From the NCBI GenBank assembly GCA_030431255.1, contig JAUIJL010000005.1, forward strand, positions 29,313-93,312: a DNA stretch of 64,000 bases. The letters run 5' to 3'. The DNA is from Thermoanaerobaculia bacterium. GTDB lineage: Bacteria; Acidobacteriota; Thermoanaerobaculia; Multivoradales; J023. A program made the translations under genes and the position numbers. The notes below the pieces were generated by a model. The model saw nothing but the letters and a program-made list of their open reading frames with translations. It had not been told where the DNA came from and did not search any database. This document shows positions 35,592 to 45,143 of this stretch, in pieces. The first letter of the stretch is position 1. Each line of letters starts with the position of its first letter.

Positions 35592-37346
35592 CTAAGGCAA
35601 AGGCTCCACCACGCCGGCAGCTCCCGCTCCGCCGCGGGGATCGGCTCCAGCCTCCACCCAAGCCCGATCCCCTTCTACCACCCACCGCACGGCCTGGACT
35701 TGGGCGAGCGATTTGACGTCCGCCAAGGTGTGACCACGCGCCTCCAAGGCAGCCCGGGTCTCGGGCGATAAGGCATCCGCCTCGAAATACAACTTGTCGG
35801 GACGCCATTGGTGGTGAATACGCGGGCGATCCATCGCTTCCTGAAGCCCGTCCTCATCGGCGATGACGCCGAGCAGCACCTGCATGGTGGCGGTCGGAAT
35901 CCGAGAGCCGCCTCGACCGCCGATGGCGATCGCCTCGGCGGTACCTTTCTCTCCCTCGCGCCAAGCCAGGGTCGGGCTCTGGGAAGAAAGCATCCGTTTG
36001 CCGGGACGCACGGCGTTGGCTTCCCCTTGAATCAAACCGTAGAGATTGGGGCGGCCGGGCGCGGCGGCGAAGTCGTCCATTTCATTGTTGAGAAAGAACC
36101 CGGCCTCGGGCACGTAGAGACCACAGCCGAAAAGACCGTTCAAGGTCGTGGTCAAGGCGACGAGATTGCCGTCCGCGTCGACCACCGAAAGGTGGGTCGT
36201 ATCCTTGGGCTCTTCCACGTGCACGGAATCGTTGAGGTCGCTCCACAGCTGGACCTCTGAGGACGGAGTGGCCTTATCGGGCTCGAGGGTGGACACCCGC
36301 TGCTTCAGCCAGGTCGCATCCAGCAGGTCGGAAGCTCGGGCCGAGGTAGTGGTCGGATCACCGAGCAAGAATCGATCGGCATAGGCGCGCCGCCACACCT
36401 CGGCGATGAGGTGGGCCCGATCCGCACCGAAGCGCTCCTGGTCGCGCCAGTCCACCGCTTCCAGCTGTCTGAAAGAGGACGCGATCAAAATACCGCCGGA
36501 CGACGGCAAATCCGCGGAGGCAAAGCTCCAACCGAAAGCCTCGAAACGCACCGGCGTGCGCCAGATCGGCTCGTAGCCCGCCATATCCGCGGCGGTCAAG
36601 ATGCCACCGTGTTTCTTCGAGCTCCGCTCCACGGCCTGGGCGACGGCGCCCTGGGTGACCGCCTCGGGTCCCTCCGCCGCGTATCGCTCGAGGGTCAAGG
36701 CCAGCTCCGGCAGCTTGATCAACGTCCCGGGTTCGGGCACCCGGCCGTTCGGCAGCCAAATCGCCGCGGTTTCAGCAAAGCGCGACAGCATCTCCTGCTC
36801 TTCGGCCAAAGCGTCGGATAAGCGGCTCGACGCGATAAAGCCCTCTTTGGCCAATTTGATCGCCGGTGCCACCACCTGGGCCCAAGGCAGCTTGCCGAAT
36901 TTCTCGTGCAACGCGTGCAAACCCGCCGGCGACCCCGGCACGCCCGCCGCCAAAGGACCGATCAGGGACGCTTCCGGAATCGGATTTCCCTCTTCGTCGA
37001 GATACATCTCCCGAAAAGCGGCGGCCGGGGCTTGCTCACGGAAATCCAAATGAGCGATTTTGTCGCCCATTTTCAGAGTGGCGAAGCCGCCACCGCCCAA
37101 ATTGCCCGCTTCCGGTTGGACTACCGCCAACGCCAGGGCGGTGGCCACGGCGCCGTCGACCGCGTTGCCACCACGGTGCAGGATCTCCAAACCCGCCTCC
37201 GTCGCCAGACGCTCGTCGCTGGAAACCGCGCCCCCGGTCCCACGGAGGGTTGGACGAGACGCCGCGAGCAGAGGGGCCACTCCCGAGGTGATCAACAAAC
37301 AACCGGCAGCGGCTCCAACCCACAGACCCTTGCGTAAACCGAGCAT
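35592..37346 (-). CDS. ggt: Gamma-glutamyltransferase
   Basis: GGNAVDGAVA, GNLGGGGF, DFREQAP, TTHLSVVD, LNNEMDDF, PGKRMLSS; TGATG overlap with pntB. Confidence 0.92.
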   Translation of the reverse strand: MLGLRKGLWVGAAAGCLLITSGVAPLLAASRPTLRGTGGAVSSDERLATEAGLEILHRGGNAVDGAVATALALAVVQPEAGNLGGGGFATLKMGDKIAHLDFREQAPAAAFREMYLDEEGNPIPEASLIGPLAAGVPGSPAGLHALHEKFGKLPWAQVVAPAIKLAKEGFIASSRLSDALAEEQEMLSRFAETAAIWLPNGRVPEPGTLIKLPELALTLERYAAEGPEAVTQGAVAQAVERSSKKHGGILTAADMAGYEPIWRTPVRFEAFGWSFASADLPSSGGILIASSFRQLEAVDWRDQERFGADRAHLIAEVWRRAYADRFLLGDPTTTSARASDLLDATWLKQRVSTLEPDKATPSSEVQLWSDLNDSVHVEEPKDTTHLSVVDADGNLVALTTTLNGLFGCGLYVPEAGFFLNNEMDDFAAAPGRPNLYGLIQGEANAVRPGKRMLSSQSPTLAWREGEKGTAEAIAIGGRGGSRIPTATMQVLLGVIADEDGLQEAMDRPRIHHQWRPDKLYFEADALSPETRAALEARGHTLADVKSLAQVQAVRWVVEGDRAWVEAGADPRGGAGAAGVVEPLP

Positions 37347-38782
37347 CAAAGCTCCTTCAGCTCCGTCACCATGCCCTGGACCGCCTTCTTGGCGTCGGCG
37401 AAGAGCATCATGGTGTTGTCGTATTCGAAGAGCTCGTTCTTGATGCCGGCAAAACCCGGGCTCAAGGAACGTTTGATCATGATCACGGTCTGGGCATTCC
37501 AAACCTCGATCACGGGCATGCCGTAGATCGGGCTTCCAGGGGTCTTCTCCGCCGCCGGATTGACCACGTCGTTGGCGCCGACGACGATCGCCACGTCCAC
37601 GCTCTTGAGCTCTGGATTGGCGGTATCCATTTCCAACAGCTGCTCGTAGGGCACGTCCGCTTCCGCCAGCAACACATTCATGTGTCCGGGCATGCGACCG
37701 GCCACGGGATGGATGGCGTATTCCACCCGAGCGCCCCGTTTTTCCAACAGGCTAGCCAGCTCGCGCACCGCGTGCTGGGCTTGGGCGACCGCCAGACCGT
37801 AACCGGGCACGAACATCACCGACTCGGCGTCTTCCAGCACCAAGGCCGCTTCCTCAGCGCTGAAGGAACGCACCGGACCGTATTCGTCGGCCCCTCCTCC
37901 ACCACCGCTGGAGGCGGTTTCCTCCGCGCCGAAACCGCCGAAGAGCACATTGGCCAGGGTGCGGTTCATGGCCACGCACATGATCTGCGTGAGGATCAAT
38001 CCCGACGCACCGACCAAGGCACCGGCGATGATCAACACATTGTTCATCAGCACGAATCCAGTGGCCGCGGCGGCGAGACCCGAGTAGCTGTTGAGCAATG
38101 AAATGACCACCGGCATGTCGGCACCGCCGATGGGAATCACCAAGAATACGCCCAACAACAAGCTCGCCGCGAGCACCACCAGGGTGAGCATGGCCAAGGT
38201 GCCGGGATCCGCCACCGACCAAGTGGCGTAGAGGCCTAAGCCGAGGCTGACGCCGACTAAAGCGAGGTTGAGCACATGACGGCCCGGCAGCAGGATCGGG
38301 TTGCCGCTGATCTTTCCGGCAAGCTTGAGATAGGCCACCACCGAGCCGGAGAGGGTCAGGGCGCCGATCAACATGGACAGCACCGCGGTAATGCCCGGCG
38401 CGGTGCCGAGGGCTTCCACCGCGGTGCCGGCGCCTTCCGCTTCGATGACGTTTTTCCACAACAAGGAGGCCGCGACCAAGGCGGAAGCGCCGCCACCGGA
38501 GCCGTTGAACAACGCCACCATCTCGGGCATGGAGGTCATCTCGACTTTGATCGCCGCCACCGCGCCGATCAAACCACCGACCACCAGACCGACGAGAATC
38601 CACTGATAATCGACGGTGCCCATTTCGATCAGGGTCGCGATCACCGCCACCAGCATGGCCGACGACGACAAGATGTTGCCGCGCCGCGCGGTTTTCACCC
38701 GGGTCAGGCCCTTGAGGCCGAGGATGAATAGGACCGCCGAGGCCAGGTAGAGGGTAGGTACCAAATTCTCGAGCAGGCTCAT
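37346..38782 (-). CDS. pntB: NAD(P) transhydrogenase beta subunit
   Basis: IGGADMPVVISLLNSYSG, PGYGLAVAQAQH, IHPVAGRMPGHMNVLLAEA. Confidence 0.95.
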   Translation of the reverse strand: MSLLENLVPTLYLASAVLFILGLKGLTRVKTARRGNILSSSAMLVAVIATLIEMGTVDYQWILVGLVVGGLIGAVAAIKVEMTSMPEMVALFNGSGGGASALVAASLLWKNVIEAEGAGTAVEALGTAPGITAVLSMLIGALTLSGSVVAYLKLAGKISGNPILLPGRHVLNLALVGVSLGLGLYATWSVADPGTLAMLTLVVLAASLLLGVFLVIPIGGADMPVVISLLNSYSGLAAAATGFVLMNNVLIIAGALVGASGLILTQIMCVAMNRTLANVLFGGFGAEETASSGGGGGADEYGPVRSFSAEEAALVLEDAESVMFVPGYGLAVAQAQHAVRELASLLEKRGARVEYAIHPVAGRMPGHMNVLLAEADVPYEQLLEMDTANPELKSVDVAIVVGANDVVNPAAEKTPGSPIYGMPVIEVWNAQTVIMIKRSLSPGFAGIKNELFEYDNTMMLFADAKKAVQGMVTELKEL

Positions 38783-39066
38783 TTCTTTTTCTTCCCGAAC
38801 ATGCCGAGCATGCGATCCGTGACCAGGAATCCACCGACCACGTTGACGGTGGCGGTGATGATGGCGAATAGGCCCAAGATGCTCGAGATCTTCGTATCAC
38901 CGCTGCTCGACGCCACCAGGGCGCCGACCACCGTGATGCCGGAGACGGCATTGGCGCCGGACATCAGTGGGGTGTGCAGGGTGGGCGGAATCTTGGTGAT
39001 GATTTCGAAACCGACAAAGACCGCCAACACGAATACATAAAGACCGATCAACAACGGACCCATCAT
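38779..39066 (-). CDS. pntA: NAD(P) transhydrogenase alpha subunit, part 2
   Basis: LHTPLMSGANAVSG, NVVGGFLVTDRML. Confidence 0.93.
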   Translation of the reverse strand: MMGPLLIGLYVFVLAVFVGFEIITKIPPTLHTPLMSGANAVSGITVVGALVASSSGDTKISSILGLFAIITATVNVVGGFLVTDRMLGMFGKKKK

Positions 39067-40205
39067 TTGCTGTCTCCTTCGAGAGCCTCACGGGTCGGCG
39101 CGTGTCGCACCTCACCGTTGTGGGTGAGCAACGCTCCGGCGACCACTTCGTCTTCGAGGTCCAAATTCACCCCCGACTCGCCGAGCAACGGCTCGATCAA
39201 AGCCCACACATTTCGCGCGTAGAGCTGGCTGGCGTCATAGGGGGTGTCGGCGGGCAGATTGGACGGTCCGAGAATCGTGACCCCTTGGTGAATCACTTCC
39301 TCCTCCGCCTTGGACAGCACGCAGTTGCCGCCTTGGGCGACGGCCAGATCGACCACCAAGGATCCGGGGCGCATGCCTTCCACCATCTCCTGGGTCACCA
39401 GCACCGGCGCTTTGCGACCGGGAACCAACGCGGTGCAGATCACCACGTCCGCCTCGGACACGTGACGGGTCACGATCTCCCGCTGCTTGCGCAGGAACTC
39501 CTCACCCATTTCGCGGGCATAACCGCCTTCCCCTTCGCCACCGCCCATGTCCGGCAGCTCGATGAAGCGACCGCCCAGGGATTCCACCTGCTCCTTGACC
39601 ACCTCGCGGATGTCGGAGACCTCGACCACCGCGCCCAGGCGTTTGGCGGTGGCCACCGCTTGCAGACCGGCGACACCGGCACCCATGACCACCACTTTGG
39701 CGGGACGGATGGTGCCGGCCGCGGTCATCAACAGCGGGAAATACTTCGCCAGTCGATAAGCGGCCAAAAGCACGGCTTTATATCCGGCGATGGAAGCTTG
39801 GGAAGACAGCGCGTCCATGGACTGGGCGCGGCTGATCCGCGGCACCAGCTCCATGGCCAAACAATTGATTTTTTGATCGCGGTAGGCGATCACGGCGTCG
39901 GCATGTTGGTGCGGTGCCACCAGGCCCACGCAAACGGCTTCCGCTTTGAGCTGCCGAATCTCGTCGGCGCTCAAGCCGGACACCGTGGCCACCAGATCGG
40001 CGTCGGAAAGCGCCGCGCTTCGGTCCTCGACCACCGAGGCGCCGGCAGCAGTGAATAAATCGTCCGGAAAGTGGGCTCGGTCGCCGGCTCCCGCTTGAAC
40101 GGCAACCTCCAAACCTTTGCCGACCATCTTCTTGACGGTCTCCGGAGTTGCCGCCACCCGGGGCTCCCCGGCAGCGGACTCATTGGGGACGAAGACTTTC
40201 ATCAT
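39063..40205 (-). CDS. pntA: NAD(P) transhydrogenase alpha subunit, part 1
   Basis: RVAATPETV, PRISRAQSMDALSS, GAGVAGLQA, GGYAREM. Confidence 0.93.
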   Translation of the reverse strand: MMKVFVPNESAAGEPRVAATPETVKKMVGKGLEVAVQAGAGDRAHFPDDLFTAAGASVVEDRSAALSDADLVATVSGLSADEIRQLKAEAVCVGLVAPHQHADAVIAYRDQKINCLAMELVPRISRAQSMDALSSQASIAGYKAVLLAAYRLAKYFPLLMTAAGTIRPAKVVVMGAGVAGLQAVATAKRLGAVVEVSDIREVVKEQVESLGGRFIELPDMGGGEGEGGYAREMGEEFLRKQREIVTRHVSEADVVICTALVPGRKAPVLVTQEMVEGMRPGSLVVDLAVAQGGNCVLSKAEEEVIHQGVTILGPSNLPADTPYDASQLYARNVWALIEPLLGESGVNLDLEDEVVAGALLTHNGEVRHAPTREALEGDSK

Positions 40206-40292
40206 GATCGCGTCCTGCTCCACGAAATGGAAATGTGCCCGGATCCTACCCGGCCGCCGTCGACCGGTGCAAGGAGCTTGCTGGATCGACGA

Positions 40293-40742
40293 TCACACCC
40301 CCGTCAGCCAGCTGAACCACCAATTCAGCAGGATGACCGCGATCAGCAGCGCCTGGATTCCACGGGGGACGCGGCGGGGCAAGCCGGGCAATGGCCGACC
40401 GGACATCAACCATGCTCCCGAGACCAAACCTCCGCCGATGAAAAACACCCAGGCCACCGTGGGCAGCGGATAGCGCGCGAGGGCGTCGAAGGGGCGCAGC
40501 TCCGCCAGCAAGGCGGCGGCGCGGGTCGTGCCGCAGGTCGGACAGGGAACCCCGGTCCAAGACTTGAACGGGCAGCTGGGCATGCCTCTCACCACGAGGC
40601 CACCGAAAGGAGCCGCGAGCAGCAGGATCAGAGCCGTGCCGGTCCACAGCAGGGCGCCCTGTCGCCGCCCCTTTTGAACCATCCGACGGTGAGCCACCTC
40701 GGGTGCGGACCTATCGGTTGACCCAACCGTGCTCTCGGTCAT
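40293..40742 (-). CDS. DUF2752 family membrane protein
   Basis: CPFKSWTGVPCPTCGTTRA. Confidence 0.85.
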   Translation of the reverse strand: MTESTVGSTDRSAPEVAHRRMVQKGRRQGALLWTGTALILLLAAPFGGLVVRGMPSCPFKSWTGVPCPTCGTTRAAALLAELRPFDALARYPLPTVAWVFFIGGGLVSGAWLMSGRPLPGLPRRVPRGIQALLIAVILLNWWFSWLTGV

Positions 40743-40751
40743 GGAGTCGCC

Positions 40752-41489
40752 TCAAAGACCCGCCATGCCCGCGGCCAAGGCGGCGGCGATGGCAAAGGCC
40801 CCCACCATGAGGCAAGCGCAGCACAAGAGGGCCGGAATCAACACAGCGATGGCTGTGCGCACGAAGGTGGTCCGATGGACGACCGCGAAACCGATCACCA
40901 GGAGCACCAACGCCACCGTGAGATTGATGAAACCACCGAATAGCGGCACAAAATTACCCAACGCGCAAACCTGAGCGTAACAAGCCACTTTGAACGTGCC
41001 CTCGAAGCCCATTTCCGAGCCTTCCAAAGCACCCACCAAGAACAAGAAAAGATGGTTGAGCGCGCAACCGATGAAGAGCACCACGACGAATATGAACGGA
41101 AAGATGATCGCCATGATCACGACGGAAATGAAGGTGGGAGCCGCCGCAAACCCCATTTGCTCCATCTGCTGGAGAAGATCCGTGCCCGCGAGACTGCCGA
41201 ATGGATCGAACACCAAACCCCAGAGCTGGCCGACGATCGCCATGGCCCAGCCGAGGATCAACGCGAATAAAAACGGTCCCACATAATCACCGTCCAAGCG
41301 CAGCCGGCCGAACGCCCCTTTCGGATCGGTCACCAGCAGCTTCACCGTCTCTGCAAAAGCGTTGAGAAATCCGATCTCCTCCCGCTGATCCCAGGGCATG
41401 GGCGATACAGGGGAGGCAGCCGGCGGCGGTCCGTAGCCGGGAGGTGGTGGGTACGAAGGCGGGGATGGCGGCTGTGTCGGATCCGTCAT
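40752..41489 (-). CDS. YIP1-like multi-pass membrane protein
   Basis: Pro-rich N-terminus, PWDQR, DPKGAF, FEGTFKVACY, about 5 TM helices. Confidence 0.7.
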   Translation of the reverse strand: MTDPTQPPSPPSYPPPPGYGPPPAASPVSPMPWDQREEIGFLNAFAETVKLLVTDPKGAFGRLRLDGDYVGPFLFALILGWAMAIVGQLWGLVFDPFGSLAGTDLLQQMEQMGFAAAPTFISVVIMAIIFPFIFVVVLFIGCALNHLFLFLVGALEGSEMGFEGTFKVACYAQVCALGNFVPLFGGFINLTVALVLLVIGFAVVHRTTFVRTAIAVLIPALLCCACLMVGAFAIAAALAAGMAGL

Positions 41490-41708
41490 GGCAAGTCCTC
41501 GGCAAGCTCAAACGCGGAAGGACGTAGAGCACGAATATGTTAACCCGGAACCCGCCGCGCACCCTTGATCTGCCCGGGCCGGTCACGCATAATCGGTCCA
41601 GAGAATTCGTAATTTCGAAGTCCTTGTGGATCCCACTGACGACCGATCCCACTAACGATATTGAGGGCCGGCATTGAGAGCACCCACCGACCCAGCTCCC
41701 GTCGCTCC

Positions 41709-42818
41709 GTGAGAATCGCCCACCTCATCCACGGCCTCGGGCTCGGCGGCGCCCAGCAGGTGATCAAATTCATCGTGCAAGAGCGCGGAGCCGAGGACTT
41801 CGAGCACTTGGTGTATTCCTGTCACGGCGGTGTTTTCCAGGAGCAAATCGAAGAGGTCGGGGGCAAGGTCAGGATCCTTCCGCGGCGGATTCCCAAATTA
41901 GATCCCTTCTGGGTCCGCGGCATGGCCAAGGCCATGGTCGACGACCGGGTCGACATCGTGCACGGGCATCTCTTTGGTGACAGCTTGCACGGCTATCTGG
42001 CCGCCAAACGGTCTCAACGGCTGCCCATGGTCTTGACCCTGCACAACTCCACGGACGCGCGCACCGGTTTGCAGCTGCGGGGTTATCGCTGGCTGCTGAA
42101 TGGAGACACGGTGCCGGTGGCCTGCGCGGAATTCGTGCGCACCAGCTTTGTGGACGCCATGGGCTCCGCTGCCCGGAACGTGCGTACGATTTCCAACGGC
42201 ATAGCCTTCGACGAGCAAGGTCCCCGGGCCGAGCGCTCCGAGCTTCCCGAGCTTGGGCTCCGTCCGGACGCCGTCATTTTCGCCACCATCGGGCGCTTGG
42301 AGGAGCAAAAGGCCTACCCCGTGCTCTTCCAAGCCCTTCGCGAGCTGATCGACTCATCCCACGCGGACTTCCAGGTCGTGATGTTCGGCGACGGATCCCT
42401 GCGCCGAGATCTCGAGCAAATGCGCCTGGATCTGGGCCTGGAGGATCACGTCCAGATGGCCGGATTCCGCAAAGACATCACCCGCTGGCTGCCGGCCGTG
42501 GACGCGGTGGTCTTCAGCTCGATTTTCGAAGGGTTGCCGATCGCCCTGCTGGAAGCCATGGCCACCCGACGGGCGGTGGTGGCGACCCGAGTGGGTGGCA
42601 TGCCCGGCGCCCTGAAATCCGATCGCGACGCCTTGTTGGTGCCGTCGCGGGATCCCCGGGCCTTGGCCGAAGCCATGGGTCGAGTCATCGACCAGCCGGA
42701 TCTGCGCCGGCGATTGGGGGAGTCGGCCCGGTCTCGATTCGAGGCGGAATTCACCGCCGAAACCATGACCCGACGTTACGAAGACCTTTATCGGGAGGTC
42801 ATGGACCGGCGTCATTGA
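41709..42818 (+). CDS. Glycosyltransferase family 4
   Basis: LGGAQ, IGRLEEQK, EGLPIALLEAMA. Confidence 0.9.
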   Translation: MRIAHLIHGLGLGGAQQVIKFIVQERGAEDFEHLVYSCHGGVFQEQIEEVGGKVRILPRRIPKLDPFWVRGMAKAMVDDRVDIVHGHLFGDSLHGYLAAKRSQRLPMVLTLHNSTDARTGLQLRGYRWLLNGDTVPVACAEFVRTSFVDAMGSAARNVRTISNGIAFDEQGPRAERSELPELGLRPDAVIFATIGRLEEQKAYPVLFQALRELIDSSHADFQVVMFGDGSLRRDLEQMRLDLGLEDHVQMAGFRKDITRWLPAVDAVVFSSIFEGLPIALLEAMATRRAVVATRVGGMPGALKSDRDALLVPSRDPRALAEAMGRVIDQPDLRRRLGESARSRFEAEFTAETMTRRYEDLYREVMDRRH

Positions 42819-42837
42819 CGCTCCCGGCCCGAAGCCC

Positions 42838-44064
42838 ATGCACATCGCCTACCTCCACTACCTCTACGGCCGAGACACCGCGTTGCACCACGTGCGGCAA
42901 TTCTCGGAGGCGGCCCAGGCGCTGGGGCATCGGATCGACGTGCACGCCATGAACCTGGCTCCCCCACCGACTTCCGACGGGGCGTCGGGCCCGCCCCCAA
43001 GCCTCAAGCTACGCCTGCGCCGACAGCTCAAGAAACGCTTTTCTCGCTATCTGCACGACCCTAAGGAATTCCTCTGGAATTGGCGCTACATCCGTAAAGA
43101 AAAAGCCTTGTTGGCCCAAGATCCACCGGAGGCCCTTTTGGTGCGCAGCCAAGGGCTCGGCATCTCCTGTGTGCCCGTGGCGCGTCACTTCGACATCCCC
43201 TTGGTGCTCGAGATCAACGCCCCCATGAGCGAGGTCTTGGAATACCTCGACCAATACCGCCACATGGTGCGCCTGCGGAAATGGGCCGGCACCTATAAAT
43301 TGCGTCGGGCCCAAGGGCTGGTAGTGGTCTCCCAAGCTCTGAAGGATTATTACGTCGGCACCTATGGCCTCGACCCCGAGCATGTGACCGTGGCCCACAA
43401 CGGCGCCGACCTCGAAATCTTCCATCCCGGGGTCGAGCCCGACCCGAAATTTCCCCACGACCCCGAGCGACCGCGCATCGGTTATGTCGGTTCGTTTCAG
43501 AAATGGCATGCCCTGGACCTCATGGGCTCCATGATCGCCGACGTCGCCGAGCAGCGTCCCCACACGCGTTTTTTGATGGTCGGCTCCGGGGCCGGCGTGG
43601 AAGACATCCGCGCCGCGACCCCGGCCCTGGGCGAGGATCGGCTGGTCTTCACCGGCCGGGTGGAGCATGCCCGTGTGCCCGGCTTGGTCGCCGCCCTGGA
43701 CATCGGCATCTTGGCGGAAGCCGCCGATTATCAATGCCCGCTCAAGGTCATCGAATGGATGGCCGCCGGCATTGCCGTGGTCGCCCCCGACCACGGGCCC
43801 TTGCGGGAGCTGATCGAGCACGACGTGCATGGGGTCCTCTTCAAAGCCGGAGACACCGAGGCCCTCGCCCGCGCCGTCATCGAGCTGGTGGACGATCCCG
43901 AGCGGCGGCGACGGCTCGGGGCGGCGGCGGCGGAAAGGGCCCACCGATCCATGTCCTGGCAAGACAACGCGCGCACGGTCGTCGGTGCTTGCCGGGCGGC
44001 GGCGGAACGGCTGAGATCCGGGACGTCCCCCAGGGTTTCATCGCCATCCGAGGGGAGCGCCTAA
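42838..44064 (+). CDS. Glycosyltransferase family 4
   Basis: GYVGSFQKWH, PLKVIEWMAAG. Confidence 0.88.
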   Translation: MHIAYLHYLYGRDTALHHVRQFSEAAQALGHRIDVHAMNLAPPPTSDGASGPPPSLKLRLRRQLKKRFSRYLHDPKEFLWNWRYIRKEKALLAQDPPEALLVRSQGLGISCVPVARHFDIPLVLEINAPMSEVLEYLDQYRHMVRLRKWAGTYKLRRAQGLVVVSQALKDYYVGTYGLDPEHVTVAHNGADLEIFHPGVEPDPKFPHDPERPRIGYVGSFQKWHALDLMGSMIADVAEQRPHTRFLMVGSGAGVEDIRAATPALGEDRLVFTGRVEHARVPGLVAALDIGILAEAADYQCPLKVIEWMAAGIAVVAPDHGPLRELIEHDVHGVLFKAGDTEALARAVIELVDDPERRRRLGAAAAERAHRSMSWQDNARTVVGACRAAAERLRSGTSPRVSSPSEGSA

Positions 44065-44067
44065 GCC

Positions 44068-45117
44068 GTGAAGACCCGTCCCCTGCGCCGTGCGCTGTTG
44101 CTGACCCTCAGCGCCCTCTTTCACGGCTCCGGTGCGGCCGCTCGGCAACGCCGGCGGCGGCGTTCCAAGGGCGACTTTCGGATCTACATCCTCGAGTATC
44201 ACGGCATCAGCGCGGATCATCGAGAGTGGGAAGGCACCATCTCCCAACAGCGTTTTCGACGCCACCTCCGTTGGCTGAAACAGCACTTCTCATTCACCAC
44301 CGTCGCAGGCGCCGCTCGGCTCTTGGCCTCCGGCGAGCTCGATCGGGATTGGTGTGTGATCACCTTCGACGACGGCTATTTGAATAATTTTGAAAACGCT
44401 TGGCCGGTGCTGCGCGAGCTCGACCTACCCGCCACCATCTACCTCACCTCAAGTTTTCTCGACGGTCGAGAGCTGTGGTTCGACGTCGCCCGAAGGGCTT
44501 TGACCACCTGCCTTGAGCCAGGGGCGGCGGACGCCACCCCGCCCTGGGTCGCCGAGCGCTTGGCGGAGAGCTTGGGTGCTTGGCCCCCGACGCTCGAGCT
44601 GGAAAGCGCCATGCGCTTGTTGAAAAGCAAAAGCGCCGACGAGCGCATGGAGACGGTGCGCCAGCTTCAGGCCGCCGGCCTCGACCTGCCGGCCGCCGCC
44701 GCGCCCATGTCCTGGGATCAGGCCCGGGAGCTCCAACAAGCCGGCATCGAGCTCGGTGCCCACACCGTCGAGCATCCGATTCTCTCCAAGCTCGATCGAC
44801 AGTGTCAGGAAGCCGAGATCCGCGGCTCCATCGAGCGGCTGACCGAGGAGCTGGGGCGGCGACCCACGACCTTCGCCATGCCCAACGGCTCCCAAGCCGA
44901 CTACAACGCCGACACCTTGGAGGTCTTGGCGTCCCTCGGCATCGAGGCCGCCTGCACCACCCGTCGGGGCTCCTGCTCGCCGGGAAGCAACCCTTTGGAG
45001 CTGCCCCGCCTCGGCGTCGGCAGTGATACCGTCAGCCTGCTCAGTGCCCGCATCGCCGGCCTCTTCGACGAGCAAATCCGTCGCCGGCTCAGCCGTTTGT
45101 CCTTTTCCCGCGCGTGA
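44068..45117 (+). CDS. Polysaccharide deacetylase family protein
   Basis: LEYH, ITFDDGY, GAHTVEHPIL, FAMPNG. Confidence 0.9.
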   Translation: MKTRPLRRALLLTLSALFHGSGAAARQRRRRRSKGDFRIYILEYHGISADHREWEGTISQQRFRRHLRWLKQHFSFTTVAGAARLLASGELDRDWCVITFDDGYLNNFENAWPVLRELDLPATIYLTSSFLDGRELWFDVARRALTTCLEPGAADATPPWVAERLAESLGAWPPTLELESAMRLLKSKSADERMETVRQLQAAGLDLPAAAAPMSWDQARELQQAGIELGAHTVEHPILSKLDRQCQEAEIRGSIERLTEELGRRPTTFAMPNGSQADYNADTLEVLASLGIEAACTTRRGSCSPGSNPLELPRLGVGSDTVSLLSARIAGLFDEQIRRRLSRLSFSRA

Positions 45118-45143
45118 TCGTGATCTAGGAGCTCCGACCCTCC

